Origin: Phycisphaerales bacterium
Lineage (GTDB): Bacteria > Planctomycetota > Phycisphaerae > Phycisphaerales > UBA1924
DNA length: 64,000 nucleotides
Reading direction: 5' to 3'
NCBI GenBank assembly: GCA_047600535.1
Contig: JASGKR010000001.1
Location: 2,719,638-2,783,637 of the forward strand
Below the pieces are notes generated by a model. The model saw only the letters and a program-made list of their open reading frames with translations, had not been told where the DNA came from and searched no databases. Shown here one piece after another: positions 43,161 to 53,333 of the stretch (position 1 is its first letter; each line of letters opens with the position of its first letter). The translations under genes and the position numbers were made by a program.

Positions 43161-44849
43161 TTAGGCGCACCCGGGGACGACAAACCACTTGCGAAGGATG
43201 TTAAGAGGTCGCGTCAGCTTAGCGCTCGCCCGGAGGTGCATGCGTACCACCGTGCCATGTGGCACGATTCCCAGTTCGCTCGGGACGCCATGCTTTGGAA
43301 GCAGTTTAATCAAGTAGCGCCCATGAACTGATCGCAGGGATAATTGACGAGCATCTTCCTCTTGGGCTGAAGAAGTGATAATCTCGACATTGTCCGCGAT
43401 CATGAAAGCTGACAACAGGCCAATACCAAAACGACTAATTGGGTGGAATCCCGGGTACGTTTCTTTGAATTTTCGATCTTGGTACTTTGAGGACCCCACT
43501 TTTAGTAGGTGTTCCTGTATCACCTGCTGGGTCATTCCAGTCCCGTCGTCGCGGACCTCGATAACATTGGAGTCGCTATCCCAGACAACCTGAACCTTTC
43601 CTGAACTAACTTGCTTCCCGTCCACGGCGTCAATATGGCGCTGCAGGCGGACGGCGTCTATAGCATTTTGTGTAATTTCACGAAGTACGACATCGGTGTC
43701 GTTGTACAGCGTGTGGCCGATCAGCAAGTCTAGTATCTTCGTTTGATCAATTGAGAACGCAAACGATTCTTTGATGAACCCGTCTGTCTCGATGTTTGTA
43801 TCGTCGATTTGCCGCCACGGAAACTCGAATCGGCTTCCATGCCGCTTTTGGGAATCCGCGGCCCACGCGGCTGACTGCTTTAACTGGTTTTCCGCGTACT
43901 TCAAATAAGATGTTAGCCCGAAAAAGCCGTTGGGATTGCTGAAGTAAGCGAACACCTCGATTGTGTCTCGCGGCAGGCTGTCATCAATTGCCCCTTCGGA
44001 ATTTTTAGCGAACTTGGTTCTCACCCGTTTAACCGCGTGCTGCTTCGCCCATTCTTCCTGACTAATTGGGTCAGTTGGTGCAATGACTCTGAAAAGAATA
44101 CTGGGCGTTCTATCTTGCGTAATATGGAGGAGATCGGCAGATCGGAGCAGAATCGCAGCGTACTGGACATTTGCCGTTGCGGTATCGCTGTTGCCGTATG
44201 GCTGCGATACCTTGTACTTCGTGACATTATCCAAGTCGTTTAAATGGTGGCTCTCGCACACAAGCGCGAGGTCCTTGCGAAACTGCGGATCTAACGAGCT
44301 AAGTAATTTGTCAACTTCTGAGATTGCGGCATGCGAAACCCCCAAATGTTCGGCAGGCCTTCCAAGAATCCAGTTTTTTACACGCACGGCATGATTCTGA
44401 CGCACGAACTCTTGGTATAGATACCTTTCAAGTTCCTCGGGTGGAAGCTTTGATACCCGTGATTTATAATCAATCCCATCCTGGTCGGCAAAGAGCACTT
44501 TGTCCTTAAAAGCGGGAAACAGCGATTCTCCTCTGCGCTGGTATTCTGCTTTGGTTACCAGCATGCCAAGATCGTGGAAGTACACGGCTAGCGTGATCAT
44601 GAGCCAATCCGTGGGGCTCATGAGTTTTACGGTTGAGCTGGGAACAAGTTGCTCTACGAGTTGCAGCATTGCGTCCACATGCGAGACGTCATGCTTTGTG
44701 TATTCGTCAAATATACCATCGCGACCGATAAGTCCTGTGAGCTGTTCGATTACTCGCTTAATGTGGAGGAGTTTTAGGCCGCTGAACGAGGAGAGCTCTT
44801 CGGCCGGAACCGCCCAAAGCTCGACGTTAGTGGATAGCTGCTGGACCAA
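43161..44849 (-). CDS. HD-domain plus GHKL (HATPase_c) ATPase fusion protein
   Basis: The N-terminus has H..HD motifs (KHDVSHVDAML ... AVYFHDLGM). The C-terminus has a Bergerat fold: N-box REITQNAIDA, G1 IEVRDDGTGMT and G2 SRFGIGLLSAFMIAD. GC is lower than the flanks. Confidence 0.6.
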   Translation of the reverse strand: MVQQLSTNVELWAVPAEELSSFSGLKLLHIKRVIEQLTGLIGRDGIFDEYTKHDVSHVDAMLQLVEQLVPSSTVKLMSPTDWLMITLAVYFHDLGMLVTKAEYQRRGESLFPAFKDKVLFADQDGIDYKSRVSKLPPEELERYLYQEFVRQNHAVRVKNWILGRPAEHLGVSHAAISEVDKLLSSLDPQFRKDLALVCESHHLNDLDNVTKYKVSQPYGNSDTATANVQYAAILLRSADLLHITQDRTPSILFRVIAPTDPISQEEWAKQHAVKRVRTKFAKNSEGAIDDSLPRDTIEVFAYFSNPNGFFGLTSYLKYAENQLKQSAAWAADSQKRHGSRFEFPWRQIDDTNIETDGFIKESFAFSIDQTKILDLLIGHTLYNDTDVVLREITQNAIDAVRLQRHIDAVDGKQVSSGKVQVVWDSDSNVIEVRDDGTGMTQQVIQEHLLKVGSSKYQDRKFKETYPGFHPISRFGIGLLSAFMIADNVEIITSSAQEEDARQLSLRSVHGRYLIKLLPKHGVPSELGIVPHGTVVRMHLRASAKLTRPLNILRKWFVVPGCA

Positions 44850-45018
44850 GGTAAGCTCCTAGCGGCAGTTTACTTATTTGCCGCACACCTTTTAGGACGA
44901 TTTGTTCCGGCAAGCCGGCGGGGGAAGCACCGCCCAACCCTTTCCACTCCCCGTGCCGCCGCGCCGGCCGCTCTGGGACGGTCGGTGCTGCCTTCATGCT
45001 CGCGATTTAGACTATCCA

Positions 45019-45594
45019 ATGCCCCAAACCCTCACGGTCCTGCTTATTGTGATCGGCCTCCTCGTCCTCATGGGCGTCGCCCTGGTTGCCGCCGCCAAGC
45101 TTGGCCTCCTCAAACCCGGTGAATCCGGCGAGAAGTCCCGGCCTTACCGCCTCTGTGACCGCCTCCTCTCCGACGCCGAGCTCAAGTTCCACACCGCCCT
45201 CACCGCCGCGATGCCGATCCTCTGTCAGCGAGCCAACCGGCAAGATGCCCCACTCCTCTTCGCGAAAGTCCGGCTGGGTGACGTGCTCACACCCGATCGC
45301 AACAAGACTCCCGAGCGCAGCGGCAGTGACGGCTGGCAGGCCGCCCGCAACAAGATCGACCGCAAACACGTCGATTTCCTGCTCTGCAATCCCGCGACCA
45401 CGAAGCCAGTGCTGGTGATCGAGCTCGACGACAAGTCGCACCAGCGGCCCGACCGACAGGAACGCGACAAGTTCCTCAACGACGCGTGCAAAACCGCGGG
45501 GCTGCCCATCTGGCGCGTCGCGTGCCTCCCGCCGAACATCAATTACGACCCGCGCCAACTAGCCGCCGAGATGGCCAAGGCGCTTGGCGTCTGA
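45019..45594 (+). CDS. membrane-anchored DUF2726-like (nuclease-fold) protein
   Basis: The N-terminal TM segment is MPQTLTVLLIVIGLLVLMGVALVAAA. The core is KHVDFLLCNPATTKPVLVIELDDKSHQRPDRQERDKFLNDACKTAGLPIWRV, which fits the DUF2726 pattern. Confidence 0.5.
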   Translation: MPQTLTVLLIVIGLLVLMGVALVAAAKLGLLKPGESGEKSRPYRLCDRLLSDAELKFHTALTAAMPILCQRANRQDAPLLFAKVRLGDVLTPDRNKTPERSGSDGWQAARNKIDRKHVDFLLCNPATTKPVLVIELDDKSHQRPDRQERDKFLNDACKTAGLPIWRVACLPPNINYDPRQLAAEMAKALGV

Positions 45595-45693
45595 TGCCTT
45601 AAAGGGGGCAGTCGGGGCCCTCCCCGACACTGCATCGCGCATTTCGCCTGCGATTTCCAAGTACACTCCGCCTGCACAAACCCCGCCGAGTCC

Positions 45694-45768
45694 CAAGGCG
45701 CAGCGCAGCCTCAGTAGCGCGTCTGGTTCGGGACCAGAAGGTCGGAGGTTCAAATCCTCCCACCCTGG
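45694..45768 (+). pseudogene. degenerate tRNA-Pro(CGG)-like element
   Basis: The anticodon arm is tctgg-TTCGGGA-ccaga and the T arm is ggagg-TTCAAAT-cctcc. A D arm gcgc/gcgc is present but the D loop lacks GG and U8 is absent. The acceptor stems pair at only 5 of 7 positions. Confidence 0.3.
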
Positions 45769-45838
45769 CTGCAGCGCAACCACACAGCGCGTTTGACTGG
45801 GGATCAAAAGGTCGTGGGTTCAAATCCCGCCACCACGA
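45765..45838 (+). pseudogene. degenerate tRNA-Pro(GGG)-like element, tandem to the previous one
   Basis: The anticodon arm is tttga-CTGGGGA-tcaaa. The variable loop is aggtc. The T arm is gtggg-TTCAAAT-cccgc. The acceptor pairs at 4 of 7 positions. The architecture is the same as the neighbouring element. Confidence 0.3.
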
Positions 45839-46980
45839 GTTGGCGGGACGAATTTCCACCCCCATCCCCTAAGGACCACCACACCCCCCCCCCTAAACGG
45901 AGGTATTCACTCGGTATCCACCAAATACCCTTGCAAACACCAAACTTTTCGTGTATAATTCGATCTGAAATCAAAACCACCACCCACCCACACCAAAGCT
46001 CCGGCAAAACCCCGAGAGCCACCACACGCAAGGGAAAAGGGAAGCGGCAGGCGGACGACCGAGCCGTCAGACCAAAGGGGGACCCAACGTGCAAGCCCAA
46101 CCCACCACCGACACCACCAGCCCGCTCGCGCCACCGTCAGCCAACACCCCCACCACAACTACCCCGCCCCCACAGCGCTGCACTCCCACGCTCATCGATA
46201 GCGCCCAGGCCGACGCCATCGAAGCCCTCCAGGCGATCCTCAAAGAGACCGCCCCGCTCGACATCTTCGACGACCTCCCCGAGCGCACGCGTGCGAGCGA
46301 TCAGACCGACGACACAAACGAGTCAACCGACGCCCCGCGCCGCCACTCACCCCGCGGCCGCGCACTCCGCCTCTCCATCCGTCTCCGAGCCGCCACCGCC
46401 CTCCTGCGAATCAGGGTCGCAACTCCTTCTCCCAGCTTCTTGCTGGGAGAAGGTGCCCCTCGGTCCTCCGAGGGGCGGATGAGGGTGCCTCGTTCTTCTG
46501 ACTCCACCAATTGCCCCACGCGCACGCGCTCAGCCTCTCCAAATCCGCAATCCGAATTCCACAATCCGCAATCGCTCTCGCCCGACACCAACGACGAGCC
46601 CGCGCCCAAACCGCGCTCTCGCTCCGCGCGCGAAGTCGCCCGCGACGAAGCCGCGGCCAAAAAAGCCAAAGCCGATCGCACCCTCGCGATGATCGAGGCC
46701 GGCAACCAGCAGGCGTATCAAAACCTCCTCGAGATCCGACGCCAAGCCGACCTCCGCATAGCCGCGGAAGCAGCCGCAAACTCCGCCGCGGCAGCAGCAA
46801 CCTCGATCACAACCAACAACGCCGACAGCACGACGCCCAGCGCACACCCGCCGCCCATCCACGAACCCTCAGGGAGCGCAGCACCAAGCCCAAGCCACCA
46901 AAGGCCCTCGCTCAACGCCGCGCTCCCAATTCCCTAAACGGCTGCACGCAAGCGTCAACTGCCGACGCGCCCGTCCAACA

Positions 46981-49107
46981 TCACGGACAACCGAAGTAGT
47001 ACAAGTCGAAGAAGAGGATCTCGTCGTTAGTGCTGACGATGCCGTCAGGCCCAGGCGTTGCACCAGGCCCAGCGATGTCCGCCCGGGCGTCGCCCGTCAG
47101 CAGGTACCCCATGAAGACGGCCATGTCGTTGTTATCCACAACACAGTCGTGCCCGGGCACGCCGCCCTGCACGCCGACATCGATCGGACAGAACGGCGCC
47201 GTGGTCAACCCCAGGCTCGCCAGCGTGAAGGTGATCTTCTTGCGGATCAGCGGCTCGCCTGTGTCGAGGTAGGACCCTTCCATCACTGTGGTTTCCGGAC
47301 GGACCCGTGCCACGGCGGTGTAGATGGTAATCGGCGTCGTTGACGTAATGCCCGGCACCAGTTTGGCAAACTCGCCGCCATCGAACCTGAAGGTCATGTC
47401 GGTCGTGGCGGGACTTGTGGCCACCGAAGTGCTGACGCTGGTCGTCGGCGCCGCTGCAGCCCTCATCCAGAGCCGCTGGCCGTTGACCACCATGAGGGCT
47501 GACCCTTTCACTGTGGACGGGGCGGGTACGGTCGCGGTAGGCGAAACGCCGATGCGCAACCGCAGACTCAGGTCTGTAAACACTCCACTGCACGTCGTCC
47601 CTGCGAGCACCGTCTGGCTGTCAAACACCATGCTGGAATCCACTCGATCGGTAAAGGTGTTGTCGTACTCCTCTGGGTAGAAGAGCTTCCAGTTACCAAA
47701 AGACGTGTCGCCGGTTCCTCCGGCCACAAAGCACTTGAGCATCACCAGCCCGCAGAAGAACTGCCGGACCTTGCCCACCGGATTACCCGAAGGACAGATG
47801 TCATAGTTCGTGTAGTCTGTGAGCGAGCAGAGCGTACGTTGCTCTGATGCCCACACATGCGGAGTATCGGATGGCGATAGTGAGACTGGCCCGTCAGTAG
47901 AAAAGTCGCTTGCGGACCTGGTCGTGCCGATCCACGTCATCCCAAACGACGGGTCAAAGTACGCGGGGCGGGCCGGTATCCCAGCCAACGTGTCAGCCGG
48001 AAGGTTGATACCCGCAATCGTGTGGTTCAGGAATGTCGTGTACTGCGCCGGCTGAGCCGTGGAGTAGGTTCCGGCCGGTGGATTTGCGGCGAGCGTCGCG
48101 TTCCACTCCCACGTATTCCCCTCGCGCCCGTCAAACATCTGCAGGTAATTCATCGCCCCGCTGGAGTCGCGGATCTGGCTGTTGATGAGCAGGTTGTCAC
48201 CCCACCCCGGTTCGATGTAGAACGTCGTCCCGTCGCCCACCCCAGCCAAGCGAACCAGGCTCAGCCACCCGCGCGCCGATTGAGCGCAAACGGTGCGACG
48301 CGCCGTCGTGCTGAGCACTGTGCTGTCGCTGCCGTTCCCGATCAACAGCCGCTGCGCGATCTGCACCGGAGTTGCGTTGCCTCCTGGGCCGTATATCCAT
48401 GCGGGTCGGCCCGGCGATGGCGTAGCGACGTACTCCGTAGACATCGCACGCATGCCGGCCATCACGGCCGCTCCAACTTCCTCCGGCTTGCTGGCGCCCT
48501 TAATCCAATCCGCCAGCCTCAACAGCATGGTGCGGTTGGGCAAAGCCGCCGAGTTGAGAGTGAAAGCCGGGCTGTCGTGGCCCGATGCCGCCGGGGCCCT
48601 GTACGTCAGAGCCACTTCGTTGATCGTGACAGTGTTTGTCATCACCGCGCCTGTGCTGTCCACCACGGAGAGCTCGAGTTTGTACAGCCCGCACTTGGTG
48701 GGTAGCGACGTAATCGGAAAGATCATGCCGGCGCTCGCCGATGCGTCAGGCGGGGTGGTCACCTGCAACGCGGCATCGGTCCACGTGTGCCGAAGCTTGT
48801 AAGGCCCAGTCCCTCCGATGCCGGGAACATTGAGCTCCAACTTCAACCCGGGCACGCCTTCTACCGCCATGGCTGTGTGCAAGTCATCCCACACGATGTA
48901 CTGCAGCGGTGTGCCGCCGTTGCGGTCGTAGACGTACACCGGGTTGGTCGCGGGCGTCGGCCATGCACCGCGATCACTCAGATAAATCGGATTTGTCTCC
49001 GTCGCCTTAATCCAGTCGATGTTCGCCTGCGCCAACGCGCGGCCGGAACAGGCGAGCAAGCCGCACACAGCGGCGGCTAAAACAGTCGAACGGGTGGCGG
49101 TGCGCAT
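46981..49107 (-). CDS. large secreted protein (708 aa) with duplicated C-terminal DNNDMAVF / STNDEILFFDLYYFGC dockerin-like module
   Basis: The signal peptide is MRTATRSTVLAAAVCGLLACSGRALA. The C-terminus is GVQGGVPGHDCVVDNNDMAVFMGYLLTGDARADIAGPGATPGPDGIVSTNDEILFFDLYYFGCP. Confidence 0.65.
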   Translation of the reverse strand: MRTATRSTVLAAAVCGLLACSGRALAQANIDWIKATETNPIYLSDRGAWPTPATNPVYVYDRNGGTPLQYIVWDDLHTAMAVEGVPGLKLELNVPGIGGTGPYKLRHTWTDAALQVTTPPDASASAGMIFPITSLPTKCGLYKLELSVVDSTGAVMTNTVTINEVALTYRAPAASGHDSPAFTLNSAALPNRTMLLRLADWIKGASKPEEVGAAVMAGMRAMSTEYVATPSPGRPAWIYGPGGNATPVQIAQRLLIGNGSDSTVLSTTARRTVCAQSARGWLSLVRLAGVGDGTTFYIEPGWGDNLLINSQIRDSSGAMNYLQMFDGREGNTWEWNATLAANPPAGTYSTAQPAQYTTFLNHTIAGINLPADTLAGIPARPAYFDPSFGMTWIGTTRSASDFSTDGPVSLSPSDTPHVWASEQRTLCSLTDYTNYDICPSGNPVGKVRQFFCGLVMLKCFVAGGTGDTSFGNWKLFYPEEYDNTFTDRVDSSMVFDSQTVLAGTTCSGVFTDLSLRLRIGVSPTATVPAPSTVKGSALMVVNGQRLWMRAAAAPTTSVSTSVATSPATTDMTFRFDGGEFAKLVPGITSTTPITIYTAVARVRPETTVMEGSYLDTGEPLIRKKITFTLASLGLTTAPFCPIDVGVQGGVPGHDCVVDNNDMAVFMGYLLTGDARADIAGPGATPGPDGIVSTNDEILFFDLYYFGCP

Positions 49108-49344
49108 GTCGGCTCCTTGGTGACAAAGCGGCGGCGAGAAGATGCCGCCGGAGCCTACCGAGACGCCAATGCGATCACAACATCAAGCACAAGCGATGCG
49201 CCAAACTTGATGCAAGTACCGCGCAGCTTTTACAGGTTCTGCAACCGACTACATATCGCGAGACGCTCGAGAGTGCGGCGTGGATTGGTGTCGTCGATCA
49301 TCCGCGCCTGCCCGCTCTTTTCGTTTGAGCTCTCGCCGGCGGCC

Positions 49345-49827
49345 TTATCCCCGCACCGCGGCCTCGATCTTCGCCACGTCGATCTTCCCCATCGTCATCA
49401 TCACCTTGAACGCGCGCTCCGCGACGGCGCCGCCGCGCGCCATCGCATCGGTCAGCACCCGCGGGGTGATCTGCCAGGAGAGCCCCCACTTGTCCTTGCA
49501 CCAGCCGCACGCGCTCTCCTGCCCGCCGTTGCCGACGATCGCGTTCCAATAACGGTCGGTCTCGGTCTGGTCGTCAGTAGCGATCTGAAACGAGAACGCC
49601 TCGCTGTGCTTGAACATCTTGCCGCCGTTGAGGCCGATGCACGGCACGCCGCACACGGTGAACTCGACGGTGAGCACATCACCCTTCTTGCCGCTGGGAT
49701 AGTCGGCAGGAGCACGGTGAACAGCGCCGACCGCGCTGTCGGGAAACGTCGCGGCGTAGAACCGCGCGGCCTCCTCCGCATCACGGTCATACCACAGACA
49801 AAGCGTGTTCTTCGCGGCCTTCTTCAT
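49345..49827 (-). CDS. VOC-family (PhnB-like / 3-demethylubiquinone-9 3-methyltransferase-domain) protein
   Basis: LCLWYDRDAEEAARFYAATFPDS...VLTVEFTVCGVPCIGLNGG...GWCKDKWGLSWQI is the typical pattern of this family. Confidence 0.7.
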   Translation of the reverse strand: MKKAAKNTLCLWYDRDAEEAARFYAATFPDSAVGAVHRAPADYPSGKKGDVLTVEFTVCGVPCIGLNGGKMFKHSEAFSFQIATDDQTETDRYWNAIVGNGGQESACGWCKDKWGLSWQITPRVLTDAMARGGAVAERAFKVMMTMGKIDVAKIEAAVRG

Positions 49828-49959
49828 CGTTGCACTCCAGTGATCGCCTTTGGCGGCTCATCGTTGGCGCGAAATGAACAGAGCGTGAGTTGTGAGTGGC
49901 GAGTCGAATGCTCGCCGCTCGTCGTACGGCATACGCATCCCACCTCGTCCACCGACTGC

Positions 49960-51249
49960 TCATTTCACCCGGATCGCGCGACGAGCGAGCACTTTTCCGC
50001 CCGTACCGCTTACGTACCGCACCTCCGCCTCACCGACCTCGGCCGGGCACTTGACGTTCAGCGGCGAACCCGCGGTCGTGTTGGTGTACGCACCGTACTT
50101 CGCATCGGGCGTTCCCTTGGGCACGATGGTGATGTAGTCGCCCGCGTTGCTCGGACCCGTCCACTCGATCGAGACCGGCTTGCCCGCTTCGCTCTCATCC
50201 GGCGCGCTGAGCGTCACCGTCGCGGCGACGATCGTGATCGCCGTGCGAGCCAGCACGCGCCGGCCCTGTCCCGTTACGTAGCGCACCTCCGCTTTGCCCG
50301 CATCGATCGGCGCGGTGAGCTGTGTGGGAGAACCCTTCGACACGTCGACGTAGCTGGCGTACTGCGCATCGGGCGCATCGGCCGGCACAACCGTGATGTA
50401 GTCGCCCGCGTTGTTCGGGCCCGTCCAGGAGACCTCGAAGCGTGAACCCGCCACCGCGCGTTCCGGCGCATTCACCTTCACAGCCGCGGCCACCACCTTG
50501 ATTGCCGCGCGCGCGAGCACAGTGCGGACACCCCCCGCTCCAGGCCCCGCAGCAACATACCGCAGTTCCGCATCACCCTCCTGTGTCGGCGCGGTGAGCG
50601 TGAGCTCCGCGCCCTTGGCGGTCTGCTCATAGCTGCCGTACTGCTCATCGCCCGCGCCCTTGGCGACGATCGTCACATAGTCGCCCGCGTTGTTGGGACC
50701 CGTCCACCGCACCTTCAGCGGTGATCCGATCACGACCTCCGCCGGCCCGGCGACTGTCGCCGACACCGGCTGCACCGCGATCCGCGCACGCCCCAACACC
50801 GTGCGCGAAGGACCGGTCACATAACGAAGCTCATACGCGCCCGGCTCCATCGGCGCGGTGAGCCGCAACGACGGCCCCTCCGACGTCTGCCGGTATGACT
50901 TCGACTCGCTGGCCGCAGCGTCTGCACGCACGATGGTCACAAAGTCACCCGCGTTGTCTGGACCAGTCCAGGCAACTGCGAACTCGGCACCCGCGGACAC
51001 AGCCTCCGGCGCCGTCAACGTCGCGGCCGTCAACCGCTCAGCGACTGGAGCCGCACCGGACGCCGGCGCCGATGACGCCGCATTTGAAGCAGGCGGCGCG
51101 GGTAGCTTCGCGTTGCTCTTCGTCAGCCCCACGCTTCCATTCTGCGGCTTGCATCCCTTCAGCAAGAGAAGGAGCACAACGACGATCACCACGAGCATCG
51201 AGAGGACGATCGCGACAGTCTTACGGCGGCGGTTCGTAGAGTCGGGCAT
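49960..51249 (-). CDS. membrane-anchored protein with four tandem ~95-aa repeats
   Basis: The N-terminal TM segment is VAIVLSMLVVIVVVLLLLL. Four repeats have the pattern WTGPNNAGDY(I/V)TIV...Y..T..G.....AP...G.AE(L/V)RYV....VLAR..I.V. Confidence 0.6.
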   Translation of the reverse strand: MPDSTNRRRKTVAIVLSMLVVIVVVLLLLLKGCKPQNGSVGLTKSNAKLPAPPASNAASSAPASGAAPVAERLTAATLTAPEAVSAGAEFAVAWTGPDNAGDFVTIVRADAAASESKSYRQTSEGPSLRLTAPMEPGAYELRYVTGPSRTVLGRARIAVQPVSATVAGPAEVVIGSPLKVRWTGPNNAGDYVTIVAKGAGDEQYGSYEQTAKGAELTLTAPTQEGDAELRYVAAGPGAGGVRTVLARAAIKVVAAAVKVNAPERAVAGSRFEVSWTGPNNAGDYITVVPADAPDAQYASYVDVSKGSPTQLTAPIDAGKAEVRYVTGQGRRVLARTAITIVAATVTLSAPDESEAGKPVSIEWTGPSNAGDYITIVPKGTPDAKYGAYTNTTAGSPLNVKCPAEVGEAEVRYVSGTGGKVLARRAIRVK

Positions 51250-51547
51250 CGAGCGGAGTCTATGAATGGCGGTGAAGTGGCGGGTCGCAAGTCGCTCGTC
51301 GCGAGGCACGCGAGCTGCACGCTTTTCGATCTTGGTACTCGGCACTCGAGGCTCTGCTGAATTTGGCCACGTGGCCATTTGACTACTTGAGCTTGGGTAA
51401 TCTGGCGACTACCCGCCATCCCGGCATTTTTCCCCCCTTGCATCTCCTCCCCTCGCAAGGTACTCTCAGATCACGCCGCGGCGCGGGGTGCAATCCGCCC
51501 GTGCGGCACAACTACATACCTCCATACCGGAGGAGAGAGAGAAGAGC

Positions 51548-52207
51548 ATGCGCTACACGCTGTCTGCGTTGTCCATCGCCGCCATCACCGCCGCGGCATC
51601 CGCTCAAACCTGGAACTTCGACGCCCCGGTCTTCACCTTCGGTGAGTCGACCCCGCTGCTCGACCGCGCGGCCAACATTCCCGGCTCCACGCCCGGCATG
51701 ACCGCATCGTTCGACTCCCTGTTCGGCGCTCTGGCGATCAGCGACTCCGCCGATTTCCAACCCAACAGCCTGATGCAGGGCCAGTATCTCTTCGCACCCG
51801 GCGACGGCGTCAACGGCCCGCTGGCGCTCCTGACCATCACGTTCAGCCAGCCGGTGACCTCGGCGAGCTTCGACTTCGCCGTCAACGGCTTCGAGCCGGG
51901 CTGGAACCTCATCCTCTTCGCCGATCCCGATTTCGGCGCCGTTGATGAGGTCCCCGTGTATTCGCTCTACGCGGCCGGCGAGGTCGACACGACCGGCTTC
52001 GGCGCGTGGGGCGGCCACGTTGACTTCACCAGCGCCACGCCTTTCACCACGATCGTCATGACCGCGATCTTCGGTGACCCCACCGTCGGCACGCCCCCTC
52101 AGGCCACGCAGTTCGCGATCGACAACCTCACCGTTACCCCGACGCCCGGTGCCGCCGCGGCGTTCGGCCTCGCCGGCGCGGCTTCGCTGCGTCGCCGTCG
52201 TCGCTGA
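51548..52207 (+). CDS. secreted protein with PTPGA...RRRR C-terminal sorting signal
   Basis: The signal peptide is MRYTLSALSIAAITAAASA. The C-terminus is TVTPTPGAAAAFGLAGAASLRRRRR. The body resembles the 11707-12518 protein. Confidence 0.65.
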   Translation: MRYTLSALSIAAITAAASAQTWNFDAPVFTFGESTPLLDRAANIPGSTPGMTASFDSLFGALAISDSADFQPNSLMQGQYLFAPGDGVNGPLALLTITFSQPVTSASFDFAVNGFEPGWNLILFADPDFGAVDEVPVYSLYAAGEVDTTGFGAWGGHVDFTSATPFTTIVMTAIFGDPTVGTPPQATQFAIDNLTVTPTPGAAAAFGLAGAASLRRRRR

Positions 52208-52233
52208 TTCGCATCATCATCTGACCAGTGCAT

Positions 52234-52268
52234 AAAAGCCGAGGGCCGTAAGGCCCCGGCTTCTTTTG
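52234..52268 (+). terminator. rho-independent terminator
   Basis: The hairpin aaaagccgagggcc-gtaa-ggccccggc is followed by ttcttttg. Confidence 0.5.
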
Positions 52269-52316
52269 CGCCCCCGCTACAGCCGCGCTCCTGGCACACC
52301 CACGCGCCACGTTACT

Positions 52317-52691
52317 ATGGCACACGCCATGTACCGCATCCCCAAAGACCTCGACCTCAGCGCCGTCGTCGGCGAGTTCACCACGCAGGTGTGCGTCGGC
52401 CAGTTTGACATGCAGTTCTCGTTCGGGCGCGTGCGGTTCGCAGTCACGTCGCCCATCGAGCTGTTGCGCGGCGGCAACGTTGTCGCTCGCTGGCAAGAAG
52501 GAACATGGCCCGATGCGGGGTTCTTCGACGTCATGAACTCCGACGTCCGCCGCTGCGAGGTCGTCACCGATCGCTTGATCGTGCTGGAATTTGAGAACGG
52601 GCTCGAGATGCACCTGAAGGATGACTCGGACATGCACGAGTGCATACAGATCTGGCTCGACGATGGTCCGTTGCCGTGGGTCATCATCTGA
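52317..52691 (+). CDS. hypothetical protein
   Basis: A 124-aa ORF runs from MAHAMYRIPKD. No motifs were recognised. Confidence 0.4.
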   Translation: MAHAMYRIPKDLDLSAVVGEFTTQVCVGQFDMQFSFGRVRFAVTSPIELLRGGNVVARWQEGTWPDAGFFDVMNSDVRRCEVVTDRLIVLEFENGLEMHLKDDSDMHECIQIWLDDGPLPWVII

Positions 52692-52789
52692 AGAGGCACC
52701 GGAGTGCCACACCACATGGCGTGAGCGAGAGTGCTCCCCTCCCCACCCCCCACCCCCCACGCTCCCCGCTCCCCGCTCCCCACCGCGAC

Positions 52790-53221
52790 TCACGCCAGCG
52801 GGCCCGACCACACGAAGAGCGGCACTGCACCGCCCGCGTGCTGCCGGACTTTCTTTGCCGCGGCGGAACTTCGCGGGTCTTCGCATTCTGCGAACCCGCC
52901 GCCTCCCTTATGCGAGCCCCACATGACGATGCGGTCGGCGAAGATTTCGTCGAGGAGGCCCACGACGCTCGCGACGATCGCTTTGTCACGCTCGGTGCCG
53001 CGCAGCTTGTCGTTGTAGTTGGCGTGGTGTGTGTGCGTGAACTTGCCGACGTACACGATCAGCTCGGTCTCGCCGTCTTCGGTGATCACGATGTCGCCGA
53101 CGTCGGGGTGCGCTGCGGGGAATATGGCACTGCGGTCGCCGCTGCTGCTTTGTGTGGTGCGCAGGCCGCGGGCGGGGTGCCGCTGGGTGAGTTCGTTGAT
53201 GAGCAAGTCGAAGAGTGACAT
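52790..53221 (-). CDS. hypothetical protein
   Basis: An ORF runs from MSLFDLLINELTQRHPARGL (~143 aa). The upstream in-frame extension in the ORF track is likely non-coding. Confidence 0.4.
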   Translation of the reverse strand: MSLFDLLINELTQRHPARGLRTTQSSSGDRSAIFPAAHPDVGDIVITEDGETELIVYVGKFTHTHHANYNDKLRGTERDKAIVASVVGLLDEIFADRIVMWGSHKGGGGFAECEDPRSSAAAKKVRQHAGGAVPLFVWSGPLA

Positions 53222-53333
53222 GGGCGGTTGGTTGTAGGGCGGGCCACGCCGATGTGCGATTGGCCTTGAGGCACGCCGCCCGCAGAGCTGCCGGTGAGCG
53301 GGTGCTTGGAGGGTTCTTTTCGGCTGGAGGCTG

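Noticed and set aside
46089-46937. 282-aa low-complexity Pro/Thr/Ala/Ser-rich ORF (and overlapping 45793-46482, 46511-46999)
   Set aside because: There is no start context, extreme low complexity, and several equally long overlapping frames. The region is more likely non-coding C/A-rich DNA. It is kept only as a possible disordered protein.
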